Counted from the first letter of the stretch, positions 1 through 10,513 are shown. The stretch: 64,000 bases of DNA from Candidatus Falkowbacteria bacterium (GCA_016214745.1 JACRNW010000012.1:4368-68367), one strand, 5' to 3'. Notes: generated from the letters alone by a model not told the origin. Made by a program: numbers and translations.

Positions 1-1533
1 GTGGAAGTGTTTATAGGTCCCGGTTGGAATGCCGCGGGGACGATTGCCACTGATGGTACGGCAGTTTTCTTAAACGATGATTTTACTTTTAATAAACTTG
101 GCACGGCAGACGGAATTATTCAGGGTTATGATTCAAAGGGTTTAGCTTTCCGCGGTTCAGGTTGGGACGGCGCGGCGGCGCAAAATGTGGAAATGAAAAT
201 TAGTAATGTTGTTACGAACGCATCAAATTATAAACTTTCAGTTTTAAATAACGCCGGACAGGAAGTTGCTTATCTTGATCAGAGCGGAGCGCTTGGTCTT
301 TCGGGGAAATTTTATCCGGCTTCTCCCACCGGCACGCAAACCGACGCTTACATTTTCTACCGGAACAATCGCATGAGAACGAACGCGTCTGGCTGGGCGA
401 CCGGATCATTTGACTTTGCCGAAATGTTTTTGTCAAACGAATTTTTGGAAGCCGGCGATGTTGTGGTGCTTGACGAAACGACAAATGAATATGTAAAAAA
501 ATCCGTTGCGGCGTATGACGCGATGGCGCTTGGTATTGTTTCTACTGAACCGGGATTTTTGGCCGGGACAAATGTCAATTTTGACGATCCTTCGGTCGAT
601 CAGGGTTATCCGATCGCTCTCGCCGGCCGCGTGCCGACCAAAGTTTCAGTTGAGAACGGTCCGATCCGGCCGGGTGATTTTCTAACAACCTCATCCGCGG
701 CAGGCGTGGCCATGAAAGCGACTGAGTCAGGAATGATTATTGGTACGGCACTTGAAAGTTTTGATGGTCCAGAGGTCGGTTTGATAAAAGTTTTTGTCAA
801 TCTTGCCTGGTACAACGTGACTGGAGACGTGACGCCGGTTAGTGAAATGTCACAACTCACTCTTTCCGGTGATTTGAATATGAATGGCAATTACATTTTG
901 AATGTCGGCAAGATTGTCGGACAAGATGAAAAATGGAGCATTGATGAAAATGGCGTTTTGAAAATTAAATTGGTGAGCAAAGACGCGACAGAAAAAGAAA
1001 TGTTTGGATTGTCATCGGCCAAAGTGGAATTAACTCTGTCTGGTACCGACCGATTGGAAAACGGCACTAAGATGATAGATCTAAGTTTAATTGATCCTGA
1101 ATTTGTTAAAAATATTTCCGCCGAAACGCCACTTAAAGTTGTGGTAACTCTGAACGAACAAGCTTACGGCGTTTATGTTGCTGAAAAAACTGCTTACAGT
1201 TTCCGCGTAGCGGAATTGAACGCCGGAACTTCCGACGCGGCTTTTGATTGGATTGTGATCGCGCGAAGAAAGGGCTACGAAGATCCGCCGCCGACTGAAA
1301 TTATACCTCCCGTGGAACCAACTCCGGCTCCGAGTGAACCTGCGCCTGCGCCGACGGAACCAGCGCCTACACCAGCACCGACCGAACCTACTCCAGTTCC
1401 GACTGAACCAACTCCGGCTCCGACAGAGCCTGCACCAACAGAACCGGCGCCAACTGAACCTGCCCCAGCTCCAGTCGAACCTGCGCCAACGCCGAGCGAA
1501 CCAGCACCAACAGAGCCAGCCCCAGCCATTTAA
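1..1533 (+). CDS. C-terminal part of a large surface/fibre-like protein with an intramolecular-chaperone (peptidase G2-like) domain and a Pro-rich tail; 5' end lies outside the window
   Basis: ORF open from position 1; DFAEMF…GDVV…AGRVPTKV…GPIRPGDFLTTS…GVAMKA motif; PTEPAP tail. Confidence 0.65.
   Translation: MEVFIGPGWNAAGTIATDGTAVFLNDDFTFNKLGTADGIIQGYDSKGLAFRGSGWDGAAAQNVEMKISNVVTNASNYKLSVLNNAGQEVAYLDQSGALGLSGKFYPASPTGTQTDAYIFYRNNRMRTNASGWATGSFDFAEMFLSNEFLEAGDVVVLDETTNEYVKKSVAAYDAMALGIVSTEPGFLAGTNVNFDDPSVDQGYPIALAGRVPTKVSVENGPIRPGDFLTTSSAAGVAMKATESGMIIGTALESFDGPEVGLIKVFVNLAWYNVTGDVTPVSEMSQLTLSGDLNMNGNYILNVGKIVGQDEKWSIDENGVLKIKLVSKDATEKEMFGLSSAKVELTLSGTDRLENGTKMIDLSLIDPEFVKNISAETPLKVVVTLNEQAYGVYVAEKTAYSFRVAELNAGTSDAAFDWIVIARRKGYEDPPPTEIIPPVEPTPAPSEPAPAPTEPAPTPAPTEPTPVPTEPTPAPTEPAPTEPAPTEPAPAPVEPAPTPSEPAPTEPAPAI
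1285..1527 (+). repeat. Coding tandem repeat giving the (P-T/S-E-P-A/T)n proline-rich tail
   Basis: Degenerate 15/21-nt repeats; translation PTEPAPAPTEPTP…. Confidence 0.9.
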
Positions 1534-1561
1534 AATTCATTGATAATTTATAATATATTTT

Positions 1562-4108
1562 ATGTTTGACTTCCCAGAAGTTCGTCCAATTGGTAAACAA
1601 AAACAAAATGACCCTTCGGGTCATCACCCGCATGGTGACAAAAATAGTTTAAGACCTCTGATTTTAATTTTGGGGTTTTTTGCCATTGCTTCCGCCGGCG
1701 TAATTTTATTTGCCCTATTTCAAAAATTGGGGCCGGAAGCTTCTGCCGCTCCGGGTATTTATAAAACTTTAAATTACCAGGGAAAATTGGAAGACGTTGG
1801 CGGCGTCACCGTGGCCGACGGGTCATATAATATTAAACTTACAATTTATGATGCCGCCGCGGCCGGCAACGTTCTTTGGACCGCTCGCGAGTCGGATGCT
1901 TGCGGCGCGCCGTTTAATCCGGCGGCAAAATCAGTCACGACTTCGCTTGGTGTTTTTTCAACACAACTTGGAGAATCTGGTGACTGTCCGATCAATTTGG
2001 ATTTTAATACAGATTCTTATTATCTTGGTGTGACAGTTGGCGCGGATTCGGAAATGACGCCGAGAAAAAGAATTGGCGCGGCTGGCTACGCCTTCAACGC
2101 AGATTTGTTAGATGGCCTTAATACTTCCGCGGTCGGCGGCGCTTCGGCTTTTGTTCCGGCAGCTGATTCCAGCGGAAATTTTGTTTTAACTGGCAACGTT
2201 ACTTTTGACACAAATACTTTTGCTCTTGATTCTACAAATGATAATATTGGGATCGGCACGGCGGCGCCTGATATTGCTCGTACTTTGGATTTAATAATCA
2301 GCAAAAAGTACGGAATTTATGCTTCATCAAACTCTACCACAAACCACATGGCGGTGATTTATGGCGAGGCGACAGACACAACTAACATTGATCAGATGGG
2401 CGGATATTTTTCCGCGGCAAGCCCCAGCGGAAAAGGTGTTTTTGGGACAGCGGTTACCGCCGGCAATCCGTTTATTCCAAATTATGGCGGATATTTTATT
2501 GCGGCTGGCGATTCTGGAAATGGTGTCTATGGCGAAGCTACCGCGACAACTGGGGCCACTAACTACGGCGGGTATTTCACGGCGGGGGGCGATACGGGCT
2601 ATGGAGTTTACGGTTGGGCTGCCGGCACGGGTGGAGTAAATTATGGAGGGTATTTTAGAGCAAACGGCCTTGGCGGTTATGGTGTTTATGGCTGGGCCGC
2701 GGATATGGGAGCCACAGGAAATTACGGCGGTTATTTCCAGGCTAGCGGTCAAAGTAGCTACGGCGTCTACGGCTACGCGAGCGAAGCCACGACGGTAAAT
2801 TACGGCGTCTACGGACAAGCCGAAGGCCCGGCTGGCTATGGTGTTAAAGGTTACGCGGGGAATATTGTTGGCGGAAATTACGGCGGGTATTTTGAGGGCG
2901 CCGCCGCAGGAAGTTACGGCGCTTACGGAAAAGCGCCGGGCACCGGCGGCTACGGTGTTTACGGTTGGGCTTCAAACGCGGGCGCGCCAAACTACGGCGG
3001 TTATTTTAAATCAGACGGCGCGGGCGGTTACGGCGTTTACGCGTTGGCTACTGATACCACCGCGGTCACAAACTACGGCGGCTATTTTACGGCCGCGGGA
3101 ACTACGGCGCGGGCGGTTTATGCTGAAGCCAGTGACCTTACCTCAATAAATTTTGGCGGTTATTTTATAGCTAGAGGGGTAGATGGGGGCACGAGTGGAG
3201 TTTATGGAGAAGCTACGGCTGCTGGTTCTGTTTACGGTGTTCAAGGATTTGCTTCTAATAGTGGGGCTGTAGCAAATTACGGCGGTAATTTTGCGGCTGA
3301 CGGCACTGGCGGTGCTCGTGGTGTTTTTGGTTTCGCCTCTAACGTCGCAGGCACCAATTACGGAGTTTATGGGCAAGTAGCCTCCTCGGCTGGCTGGGGC
3401 GGATATTTTACCGGCGGCAATGGGCTTTACGCTAGCAGATTTAGCATTGCTGATACAACGAGCGCCATATCTTACAACACTATCGGCGCGCCCGCGGCAA
3501 CACATACCGCAGCCGGAGAAATTGAAAACGCCTCGGATCTTTTTATTGCCGATGACTTGGAAATCGGCGGTCAGGGTTGGTCCACCGGAGGCTATACGGA
3601 CTTGGCTGAAATGATTGCTTACAGCGGAGAGGGTGAAGCTGGCGATGTGGTCGTAGTTGATGAAAACAACGATAACGCCGCGAAACTCGCGACAAAACCT
3701 TATGATCAAAGTGTTCTCGGAATAATTTCCACTAAACCGAGTTTAATAATTACCGGCGGTATTAAGGAAGGGAAATTGATGGCTGTGGCCGGCCGCGTGC
3801 CGACCAAGGTGACGAACGTAAACGGCGCGATTAAGCGCGGCGACTTACTGACAACTTCTGCGGCGCCTGGCCGCGCCATGAAGGCAACCGAGCCAGGACC
3901 GATTGTAGGTAAGGCTCTTGGAGAGTGCGACGAGAGTGAATGCACAATTTGGGTTTTTCTAAATGTTAGTTGGTATGGCGGTGTAAGAACTGAAACAACG
4001 GCAATAGTTTCTTCGGTAATTGAAGATGCCAAAAATTTGGAGAGAGAAAATCTTTTGACAAAATTATCAGAGCTATGGCAAAAAATTGTTTCGTTGTTGA
4101 AAAAATAA
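1562..4108 (+). CDS. Membrane-anchored Gly/Tyr-repeat (beta-solenoid-like) surface protein with C-terminal intramolecular-chaperone-like domain
   Basis: N-terminal TM helix; about 11 copies of a ~26-aa NYGGYF…GYGVYG repeat; TDLAEM…AGRVPTKV domain paralogous to the upstream gene. Confidence 0.7.
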   Translation: MFDFPEVRPIGKQKQNDPSGHHPHGDKNSLRPLILILGFFAIASAGVILFALFQKLGPEASAAPGIYKTLNYQGKLEDVGGVTVADGSYNIKLTIYDAAAAGNVLWTARESDACGAPFNPAAKSVTTSLGVFSTQLGESGDCPINLDFNTDSYYLGVTVGADSEMTPRKRIGAAGYAFNADLLDGLNTSAVGGASAFVPAADSSGNFVLTGNVTFDTNTFALDSTNDNIGIGTAAPDIARTLDLIISKKYGIYASSNSTTNHMAVIYGEATDTTNIDQMGGYFSAASPSGKGVFGTAVTAGNPFIPNYGGYFIAAGDSGNGVYGEATATTGATNYGGYFTAGGDTGYGVYGWAAGTGGVNYGGYFRANGLGGYGVYGWAADMGATGNYGGYFQASGQSSYGVYGYASEATTVNYGVYGQAEGPAGYGVKGYAGNIVGGNYGGYFEGAAAGSYGAYGKAPGTGGYGVYGWASNAGAPNYGGYFKSDGAGGYGVYALATDTTAVTNYGGYFTAAGTTARAVYAEASDLTSINFGGYFIARGVDGGTSGVYGEATAAGSVYGVQGFASNSGAVANYGGNFAADGTGGARGVFGFASNVAGTNYGVYGQVASSAGWGGYFTGGNGLYASRFSIADTTSAISYNTIGAPAATHTAAGEIENASDLFIADDLEIGGQGWSTGGYTDLAEMIAYSGEGEAGDVVVVDENNDNAAKLATKPYDQSVLGIISTKPSLIITGGIKEGKLMAVAGRVPTKVTNVNGAIKRGDLLTTSAAPGRAMKATEPGPIVGKALGECDESECTIWVFLNVSWYGGVRTETTAIVSSVIEDAKNLERENLLTKLSELWQKIVSLLKK

Positions 4109-4249
4109 TTTTTAAATTGTAAGCGAGTTGTGCCTTCGGGTACGGGTCATAACTCGTGTATAATAGCAGCTCCCCACCGCAAGGTGAGGAGTTGTTGTAT
4201 TTGTAGAAAAAGAAGTTTGAAGTTGGAAGTTAGAAGTTGGTGTTAGTTT

Positions 4250-4323
4250 CCCCCTCTACCCTTGGGGGAGAGGGTTGGCCCGCCTGCCACGCTAGCGCTG
4301 GCGTTGCGGGCAGGGGTGAGGGG
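4250..4323 (-). repeat. Composite palindromic repeat (REP-like CCCTCACC…CAACCCTCTCCC carrying a nested CCTGCCCGCAACGCCAGCGCTAGCGTGGCAGGCGGG)
   Basis: Reverse complement is nearly identical to 39837-39911. Confidence 0.85.
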
Positions 4324-4332
4324 TATGCGGGG

Positions 4333-4361
4333 TTGACAAAAAGGTAAAAATGTGGTATTAT
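4333..4361 (+). promoter_or_regulatory. Sigma70-type promoter
   Basis: TTGACA-17 nt-TATTAT, with TG before the -10. Confidence 0.6.
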
Positions 4362-4478
4362 AAATGGTAAAATTAAAGGATGGAGTTTAGGCGAAAAAGC
4401 TCTTAAATTAAAGCTTTTTCGGGTAAGCTTCAACTTTTGAAGAGCCGTCTCGGCAGCGCCGAGACAAGGAGGTTGGCA

Positions 4479-5096
4479 ATGAAGGGTTTGATGACGTGCG
4501 CGGCGCTCGGATTCGTGTTCGTGGCTGGCTGCTACGGGAGCTACCAGAACTACGGCGATGGCCGAGGGGAAGACAGCTTCCCGATCGTGACCTGCGAAGT
4601 CACGGTGACGACGAACGCAGACGGCGCGACCATCACGGTCGACGGCGTCGTGGCAGGCGGTACCGTGGAACTCACGGTGGGCTCCCACACTTTCGTGGCC
4701 ACGGCTGCCGGTTACATTCCGGCGAGCGCGGTCGTGGACGTGGACGAGACCTGTGCGCCTGTCGCGCTTCGGCTTCGGCCGAACCTGAACGGCGACTACG
4801 ATCTCGTCTTGCACAACAGCATCTACGACCGGCTCCTGCTGCACCTCGACCAGGACGAGGAAGGGAATCTCGTCGGCTACGACTGGTACGCCGATGACCC
4901 GGGACACAGCTTCCAGGAATTCACCGGCACTGTTTCGTTCGATGGGGAGGCTTATCTCCTTTCGGACGATTCGGTCCGGCTGAATCTCACTGGCCGCTGG
5001 ACTCCGCCGGGAATTGGCGGCATCTCTCGGATCGTTGGTACCTGGATTTCCGCCGCAGGAGGCGACGGAGAGTGGCTCGCCGAGTCGCGGCCGTAG
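4479..5096 (+). CDS. GC-rich putative lipoprotein with a PEGA-like domain
   Basis: AAGGAGGT before ATG 4479; signal peptide ending VAG-C; EVTVTTNADGATITVDG…GSHTFVATAAGY is PEGA-like; followed by a hairpin and T-run. Confidence 0.65.
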   Translation: MKGLMTCAALGFVFVAGCYGSYQNYGDGRGEDSFPIVTCEVTVTTNADGATITVDGVVAGGTVELTVGSHTFVATAAGYIPASAVVDVDETCAPVALRLRPNLNGDYDLVLHNSIYDRLLLHLDQDEEGNLVGYDWYADDPGHSFQEFTGTVSFDGEAYLLSDDSVRLNLTGRWTPPGIGGISRIVGTWISAAGGDGEWLAESRP

Positions 5097-5285
5097 CATC
5101 GGCCGCGCTCGAACCGGCATCTGGCAGAAATCGTGAAGAACGATTCTGTCGGGTGCCGGCTTTTTTAATTTTCATTCCGCTGTGGATGAAAATTTTTTTA
5201 TAATCATTTTTTGTGCTATAATTAATTAATTAATTTAACGCTTGTCCTTAAAAGTGCGTCTTTTGAGGAAAGTAAAATTCAATTT

Positions 5286-7637
5286 ATGAACAAAATCGCA
5301 AACATTTGCGACAAAGTTCTAAAGGCCTCTCTTTATCTTTTGGTCTTTGCTTTGCCGCTCTTCTTTCTTCCTTGGACTTTTGAAGCCCTGGATTTTAACA
5401 AACAAAATTTACTGATTATTTTGACTTTGTTCGCTGGATTGGCTTGGCTCGGGAAAATGGTGGCTTCAAGGCAGGTTGTTTTGCGCCGCAGTTTTTTGAA
5501 TGTGTTGATTTTGCTGTATGTTGTGATTTATACTCTGGCGACAATTTTTTCATTGGACTCCATCAGAAGTTTTATCGGCGCTTCGGGTTTGGAAAAAGAG
5601 GGGCTTGTGACCGTGCTTTGTTTTGTTGTTCTTTATTTTGTCATTATCAACAATTTCCGCGACATAAAGGCGGTTAAAAATTTACTCTATTCATATATTT
5701 TAGGCGCGGGACTTGTAACTGTCTGGACACTTATCGCTTTTTTGGGAGTACTGCCGGCTATTCTTGTTCCCAGTCAGGCGTTAAATCCGGTCGGGACACT
5801 TAATAGTTTGGGAATATTTTTAGGAGCCGCGTTTGTTTTGCTTTGTCCATTATTTTTGGGAGCGGAAACGGAAAAAGCGGCAGCCAGCAAGAAAAATTTA
5901 ATTATGAAAATTGTGATGGCTGTTTTTGCCGCTCTTGCTTTATTCCTTTTAGCGACGATTGATAATTGGACTGTTTGGGCGATTTTTACGCCAGCCGTTG
6001 CATTGATTTTGGCTTTTGTCATTATTCGGGCTCATGAAGTTAAAAATTTAGGATGGTTGGCTCTTCCCATGGCGGCTTTTGTTGTGACGGTTCTACTGTT
6101 CTTCATAAATACTCCGATTGTCACGCGGCTGCCGGCGGAAATTATGCCGTCTTTTTCCGCGAGCGCGGGAATTGCCAGGCAGACACTGCGGGAAGCTCCG
6201 CTTCTTGGTTCTGGGCCAAGCACATTTGTTTTTGATTATGCTAAATTTAAACCGGCCGGAGTAAATGAAACACAGCTTTGGGACATTAAATTTGATCGTT
6301 CCGCTTCAAGGGTTCTGACCATGCTTACAACTACCGGGCTTTTTGGAATTATTTCATGGTTATTTCTGATCATCTTTCTGGCGGTTCAAACCGTCTTTAA
6401 TTTGATCAAGGAAAAATCCGGAGCGTTATGGCTGAATCAGCTGGCCGTGGGCTCTGCTTGGTTTTTACTTTTGATCGCCAAATTTCTTTATTCTTCAAAT
6501 TTAACTTTAGAATTTTCATTTTGGATATTGACGGCTATTCTGATTGTCATGACTTCGCATAAGTTCTGGGAAATTTCCCTTGGCAGCGCGCCGCGCATTT
6601 CTTTGATTCTGTCATTTCTTCTTGCCCTTGGTATGATTTTGGCGATTTCCTCTTTTTATCTTATCGGTGAACGCTACGCGGCCGACGCGAGATTTGTCCA
6701 GGCGCTTTCATCCATAAATCGGGGAGAAGATTTGAGCAAAACGACGGAACTTTTTAACAGCGCCGCATCGCTAAATCAACGAAACGACGTTTACCTTAGA
6801 AATTTGGCGCAGAGTTTACAGGCGCAAATTAATCAAGAATTAGCGGCAACGCCGAATGAAGAGCGCGCGAAAAAAATTCAGGAATTGGTAGCAGCGGATA
6901 TTAATGTGGCAAAAAGAGCCACTGAACTTTCTCCCAAAAATTCAGCGAATTGGGCGACGTTAGCTTCAATTTATCAGACAGTCATGCCGCTTATCCAGGG
7001 GTCTAGCGAATGGGCCATTAGTTCTTGGCAGAAAGCGATTGAACTTGAGCCGGGGAATCCATACTTTTACACTGAACTGGGAAAAACTTATGCGAGCATG
7101 GCCGATATTCTTTCCACCGGTCTTCAGTCAAGTGACGAAAAAGTAAAAGCTGACGCTGAAACAAAAATTAAAGAAAATTTAGCTAAAGCAGAAGAGCAAC
7201 TTAGCAAGGCCATTGAAGTTAAGGCAGATTATGCACCAGCCCATTTTGAATTGGCGCTTGTTTACAGCCGGCAAGGGAAAATAAAAGAAGCGATTAGTAA
7301 ATTGGAAGCAATTAAAGCAGATTTGCCGAACGATATTGGCGTGGCTTTTCAGTTGGGACTTCTCTATGCGCAAAATAAAGAATTGGATAAAGCGGTTACC
7401 GAACTTTCCCGGGCCGTGGAATTGGCGCCAAACTTTGCCAACGCGCGATGGTATTTGGCGGCAATTTACGAAGAGCAGGGCAAAAAGGATTTAGCCCTCG
7501 CTCAATTGGAAGAAATTTTGAAAACTAATCCGGAGAATGAAACCGTTAAGCAAAAAATAGACGCATTAAAAAATCCGCCAGCCAGAGAGTCTGAGCCGCT
7601 ACCAACTCCAATTCCCGAGGCGGCTCCGGCGCAATAA
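5286..7637 (+). CDS. O-antigen-ligase-like polytopic membrane protein with C-terminal TPR repeats
   Basis: Many TM helices, PLLGSGPSTF motif, TPR-like repeats (AIELEPGNP, AVELAPNFANARWYLA). Confidence 0.75.
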   Translation: MNKIANICDKVLKASLYLLVFALPLFFLPWTFEALDFNKQNLLIILTLFAGLAWLGKMVASRQVVLRRSFLNVLILLYVVIYTLATIFSLDSIRSFIGASGLEKEGLVTVLCFVVLYFVIINNFRDIKAVKNLLYSYILGAGLVTVWTLIAFLGVLPAILVPSQALNPVGTLNSLGIFLGAAFVLLCPLFLGAETEKAAASKKNLIMKIVMAVFAALALFLLATIDNWTVWAIFTPAVALILAFVIIRAHEVKNLGWLALPMAAFVVTVLLFFINTPIVTRLPAEIMPSFSASAGIARQTLREAPLLGSGPSTFVFDYAKFKPAGVNETQLWDIKFDRSASRVLTMLTTTGLFGIISWLFLIIFLAVQTVFNLIKEKSGALWLNQLAVGSAWFLLLIAKFLYSSNLTLEFSFWILTAILIVMTSHKFWEISLGSAPRISLILSFLLALGMILAISSFYLIGERYAADARFVQALSSINRGEDLSKTTELFNSAASLNQRNDVYLRNLAQSLQAQINQELAATPNEERAKKIQELVAADINVAKRATELSPKNSANWATLASIYQTVMPLIQGSSEWAISSWQKAIELEPGNPYFYTELGKTYASMADILSTGLQSSDEKVKADAETKIKENLAKAEEQLSKAIEVKADYAPAHFELALVYSRQGKIKEAISKLEAIKADLPNDIGVAFQLGLLYAQNKELDKAVTELSRAVELAPNFANARWYLAAIYEEQGKKDLALAQLEEILKTNPENETVKQKIDALKNPPARESEPLPTPIPEAAPAQ

Positions 7638-7704
7638 CACTCGGTTGACAAAATTATAGTTTGTTGTAATCTTAAACAATCTCCCGCCTAGATTCATGGG
7701 ACGT

Positions 7705-7778
7705 GGGCCTATAGTATAGTAGTAAAACGCCTCCATGGCATGGAGGAGTCGAGGGTGCGATTCCCTCTAGGTCCACCA
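7705..7778 (+). tRNA. tRNA-Ala(GGC)
   Basis: Cloverleaf; anticodon arm CCTCC-ATGGCAT-GGAGG; G3:U70 pair; encoded CCA. Confidence 0.9.
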
Positions 7779-7879
7779 TGAACTTAGGCGGGAGGTTTTT
7801 GAACTGGTTTATAGTTCATAGTTCATGGTCAACTATCAACAACAAACTGTGAACTATTAACTATTAACTATCAACCGCT

Positions 7880-8974
7880 ATGTCTTTTAAAGTCGGAATT
7901 GTCGGCCTGCCGAACGTGGGCAAATCAACTTTGTTCAAAGCCCTGACAAGAAAACAGGTTGACATCGCCAATTATCCATTTTGTACCATTGAGCCGAATG
8001 TCGGTACGGTTGCCGTACCCGATTTTCGGTTACAAAAATTATCAGACCTTTATAATTCGGAAAAAATAGTGCCGACCGTGATTGAATTTGTAGATATTGC
8101 CGGTTTAGTTAAAGGCGCCCACGAAGGGCAGGGTCTGGGAAATAAATTTTTGTCGCATATCAGAGAAGTGGATGCTATTTGCCAGGTTATCCGCGCTTTT
8201 CACGACCCAAATGTCATTCACGTGGATGGGAAAATCAATCCCATTTCCGATTTGGAAGTTATAAATTTGGAATTAATTTTTGCCGACCAAGAAACCGTAA
8301 AAAAACGTTTAGCGAGCTTGGCGAGCGAACTTAAGGGCGGAAAAGAAAAAGCGCTTGTTAAAACCAATGAGACGCTTTTGAAGATTAAAGATGGATTGGA
8401 AAAAGGCGTGATGGCCGCGACTATGGAATTGAATGAAGAAGAAAAATTTTTAGTTAAGGAATTAAGTTTATTATCTTTGAAACAGACGCTTTATGCGTTG
8501 AATGTATCCGAGGCGGATATCAAGGCCGAGAAAAATGAAATTTTGAAAAAATTTAATTTGCCGCTTGATCCGGAAAAAGTGATTTTGGTTTCCGCGAAGA
8601 TTGAATCTGAGCTTGCGGAGTTGCCGCCCGAAGAAGCAAGAAATTATTTAAAAGAGTTGGGACTTGAAGAGTCCGGTTTGGATAAATTGATTCGGGCGAG
8701 TTATAAAGAACTTAATTTAATTACCTTTTTTACGGCCGGGCCGAAAGATTCTCACGCTTGGACAATAAAAAAAGGCGCGAAAGCGCCGGAAGCGGCCGGG
8801 AAAATTCACACCGATTTTGAACGAGGGTTTATTTGTGCTGAAGTAATTAATTGGCAGGATTTAGTTAATGCCGGTGGCGATGTCGGGGCAAAGGAGAAGG
8901 GGTTGATTAGATTGGAAGGAAAAGAATATGTTGTTCAAGACGGCGACGTGGTGGAGTTTAGGTTTAATGTCTAA
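7880..8974 (+). CDS. ychF: Redox-regulated ATPase YchF
   Basis: GIVGLPNVGKST, NYPFCTIEPN, DIAGLVKGA, TGS C-terminus. Confidence 0.97.
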   Translation: MSFKVGIVGLPNVGKSTLFKALTRKQVDIANYPFCTIEPNVGTVAVPDFRLQKLSDLYNSEKIVPTVIEFVDIAGLVKGAHEGQGLGNKFLSHIREVDAICQVIRAFHDPNVIHVDGKINPISDLEVINLELIFADQETVKKRLASLASELKGGKEKALVKTNETLLKIKDGLEKGVMAATMELNEEEKFLVKELSLLSLKQTLYALNVSEADIKAEKNEILKKFNLPLDPEKVILVSAKIESELAELPPEEARNYLKELGLEESGLDKLIRASYKELNLITFFTAGPKDSHAWTIKKGAKAPEAAGKIHTDFERGFICAEVINWQDLVNAGGDVGAKEKGLIRLEGKEYVVQDGDVVEFRFNV

Positions 8975-10190
8975 AAATAAAAATTTCCCGCATTACTTTT
9001 TGATCTGGGCGTGAGTAAATTGTGGAGCCGCGTTTCGTGATTTTTAAAAAATTGAAATCAGTAAATTCTTTAGGTAGAAGGTCAGCGGCTTGAAAGCCGA
9101 TTTTTTTTATTTCATCTATAATTGGTAAAAATAAGTTTTCATTTTTTCTGTGGAAGACGGGAAAAGCAATGACAATTTTGCCGCCAGATTTTAGAATTTT
9201 TTTAAATTCGCGGAAAGCGGCGAGATAAAGAGCGGATAATTCTTCAACAACTTTTTTTATCATTTCGTCGGTTTCGTTTCCTTGCATCGGCGGACCGAGA
9301 TACGGTTCAGTAATAACCGCATCCACCGAGCGAGGTGGTAGTTTATTGCCAAGGTGGCGAACATCGGATTCAATTAAGTTATAAGTTTCAAGTTTTAAGT
9401 TATAAGTTTTTGAAAGCCATTCCAGGTTTTGTTTCGCGCCGGCGATAATTTCGGGATTAATGTCTGAACCAGTCAAATTCTGATAGCCCATTAGCGCCGC
9501 CTCGCCCAAAATTGTGCCGAGGCCCAAGAAGGGATCTAAAATAGTTGCAGATTTATCAATGTTGGCTAAATTAATCATAATTTTTGCTAATTTTGGCGGG
9601 AGAAGGCCGACTTTCATGCTTCGTACCGGGCGGCTGTAATCGCGGAAACTTAAATTTTCAAATTCTTGGACGGCTAAAGTTCTGCCGAGATAAGTTTTCT
9701 TTTCGTCAATCAAGAAAATTAATTCCGCGCCGGCTTCGGTCAGTAGTTTATTTTTTTCCACGACAACCGAACTTAAATTTTTTTCTTTTGAAGTAACCCA
9801 TCGGGCGGCCGCTCCGGTATCAGCCAGAATGTCTTTGATTGCCATAGCCATTTTTTTTATTTTTTGGGTTTTGTTTTGGAAGTTTTTTAATGGTAATTTG
9901 TCGTCTATTTTATAAAAACTAAAGCCAAAATAAGATTTTTTTCCGTGAACTCGGGGAATATTTTCCGCGATATCTTCTGGTCTTGGGTCATCAAAAGCAT
10001 TCAAAATTGTACCAATTTTTATTGTGCCGCCGAGTCGCGCCATAAGATCGAAAACATCCTGGTCTTTTTCGGTTAGAAGCAGGAGAGCCTCTGGCGAAAC
10101 GGCTAAAAATTTTGTTTTATCCGAAAGAAGCGAGACAATTTCAGCGCTTGACAAAGTTGGATTTTGGCCTAAAATAAAGAAGTATTTCAT
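8964..10190 (-). CDS. Trm11-like SAM-dependent RNA methyltransferase
   Basis: LPPKLAKIMINLA, LDPFLGLGT, GSDI, ITEPYLG motifs. Confidence 0.75.
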   Translation of the reverse strand: MKYFFILGQNPTLSSAEIVSLLSDKTKFLAVSPEALLLLTEKDQDVFDLMARLGGTIKIGTILNAFDDPRPEDIAENIPRVHGKKSYFGFSFYKIDDKLPLKNFQNKTQKIKKMAMAIKDILADTGAAARWVTSKEKNLSSVVVEKNKLLTEAGAELIFLIDEKKTYLGRTLAVQEFENLSFRDYSRPVRSMKVGLLPPKLAKIMINLANIDKSATILDPFLGLGTILGEAALMGYQNLTGSDINPEIIAGAKQNLEWLSKTYNLKLETYNLIESDVRHLGNKLPPRSVDAVITEPYLGPPMQGNETDEMIKKVVEELSALYLAAFREFKKILKSGGKIVIAFPVFHRKNENLFLPIIDEIKKIGFQAADLLPKEFTDFNFLKITKRGSTIYSRPDQKVMREIFIFRH

Positions 10191-10254
10191 AATCCTCTGG
10201 TTTATATGCGAAAGTAAAGAGTTATTTAGTTTTGTTTTATTATATCACATCTTA

Positions 10255-10381
10255 CCCCGTTAGAAGTCCTCCGCGTAAAAATTTAATAAATTTTTACGCC
10301 CAAAAGTCATCGTCGTTTTTAAAAAAAATATTCCAACTCCGGCTGTCGTTTAAAGATAAATTAAACGGACTTCTAACGAGG
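10255..10381. repeat. MITE-like element, family CCCCGTTAGAA…TTCTAACGGGG (copy 1, reverse orientation)
   Basis: Terminal inverted repeats; internal hairpin shared with 17421 and 49403. Confidence 0.75.
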
Positions 10382-10513
10382 CTTGCACAATTTTTAGGGT
10401 TATGCTAAACTTTTAGAAACTTTATTATCAAGCGAGCGAGAGAAATGAAATTTATTTCATTTCCGAGCGAGCGCAGATAACAGGGATTTAATGCCCTTTA
10501 TTTAAATAGTTTT

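Noticed and set aside
4230-5120. Long antisense or alternate-frame ORFs over GC-rich genes (also 30173..31102, 37840..38274, 49667..50491, 53304..54032)
   Set aside because: Shadow ORFs expected from stop-poor GC-rich codon usage; SD, promoter and terminator support the other frame
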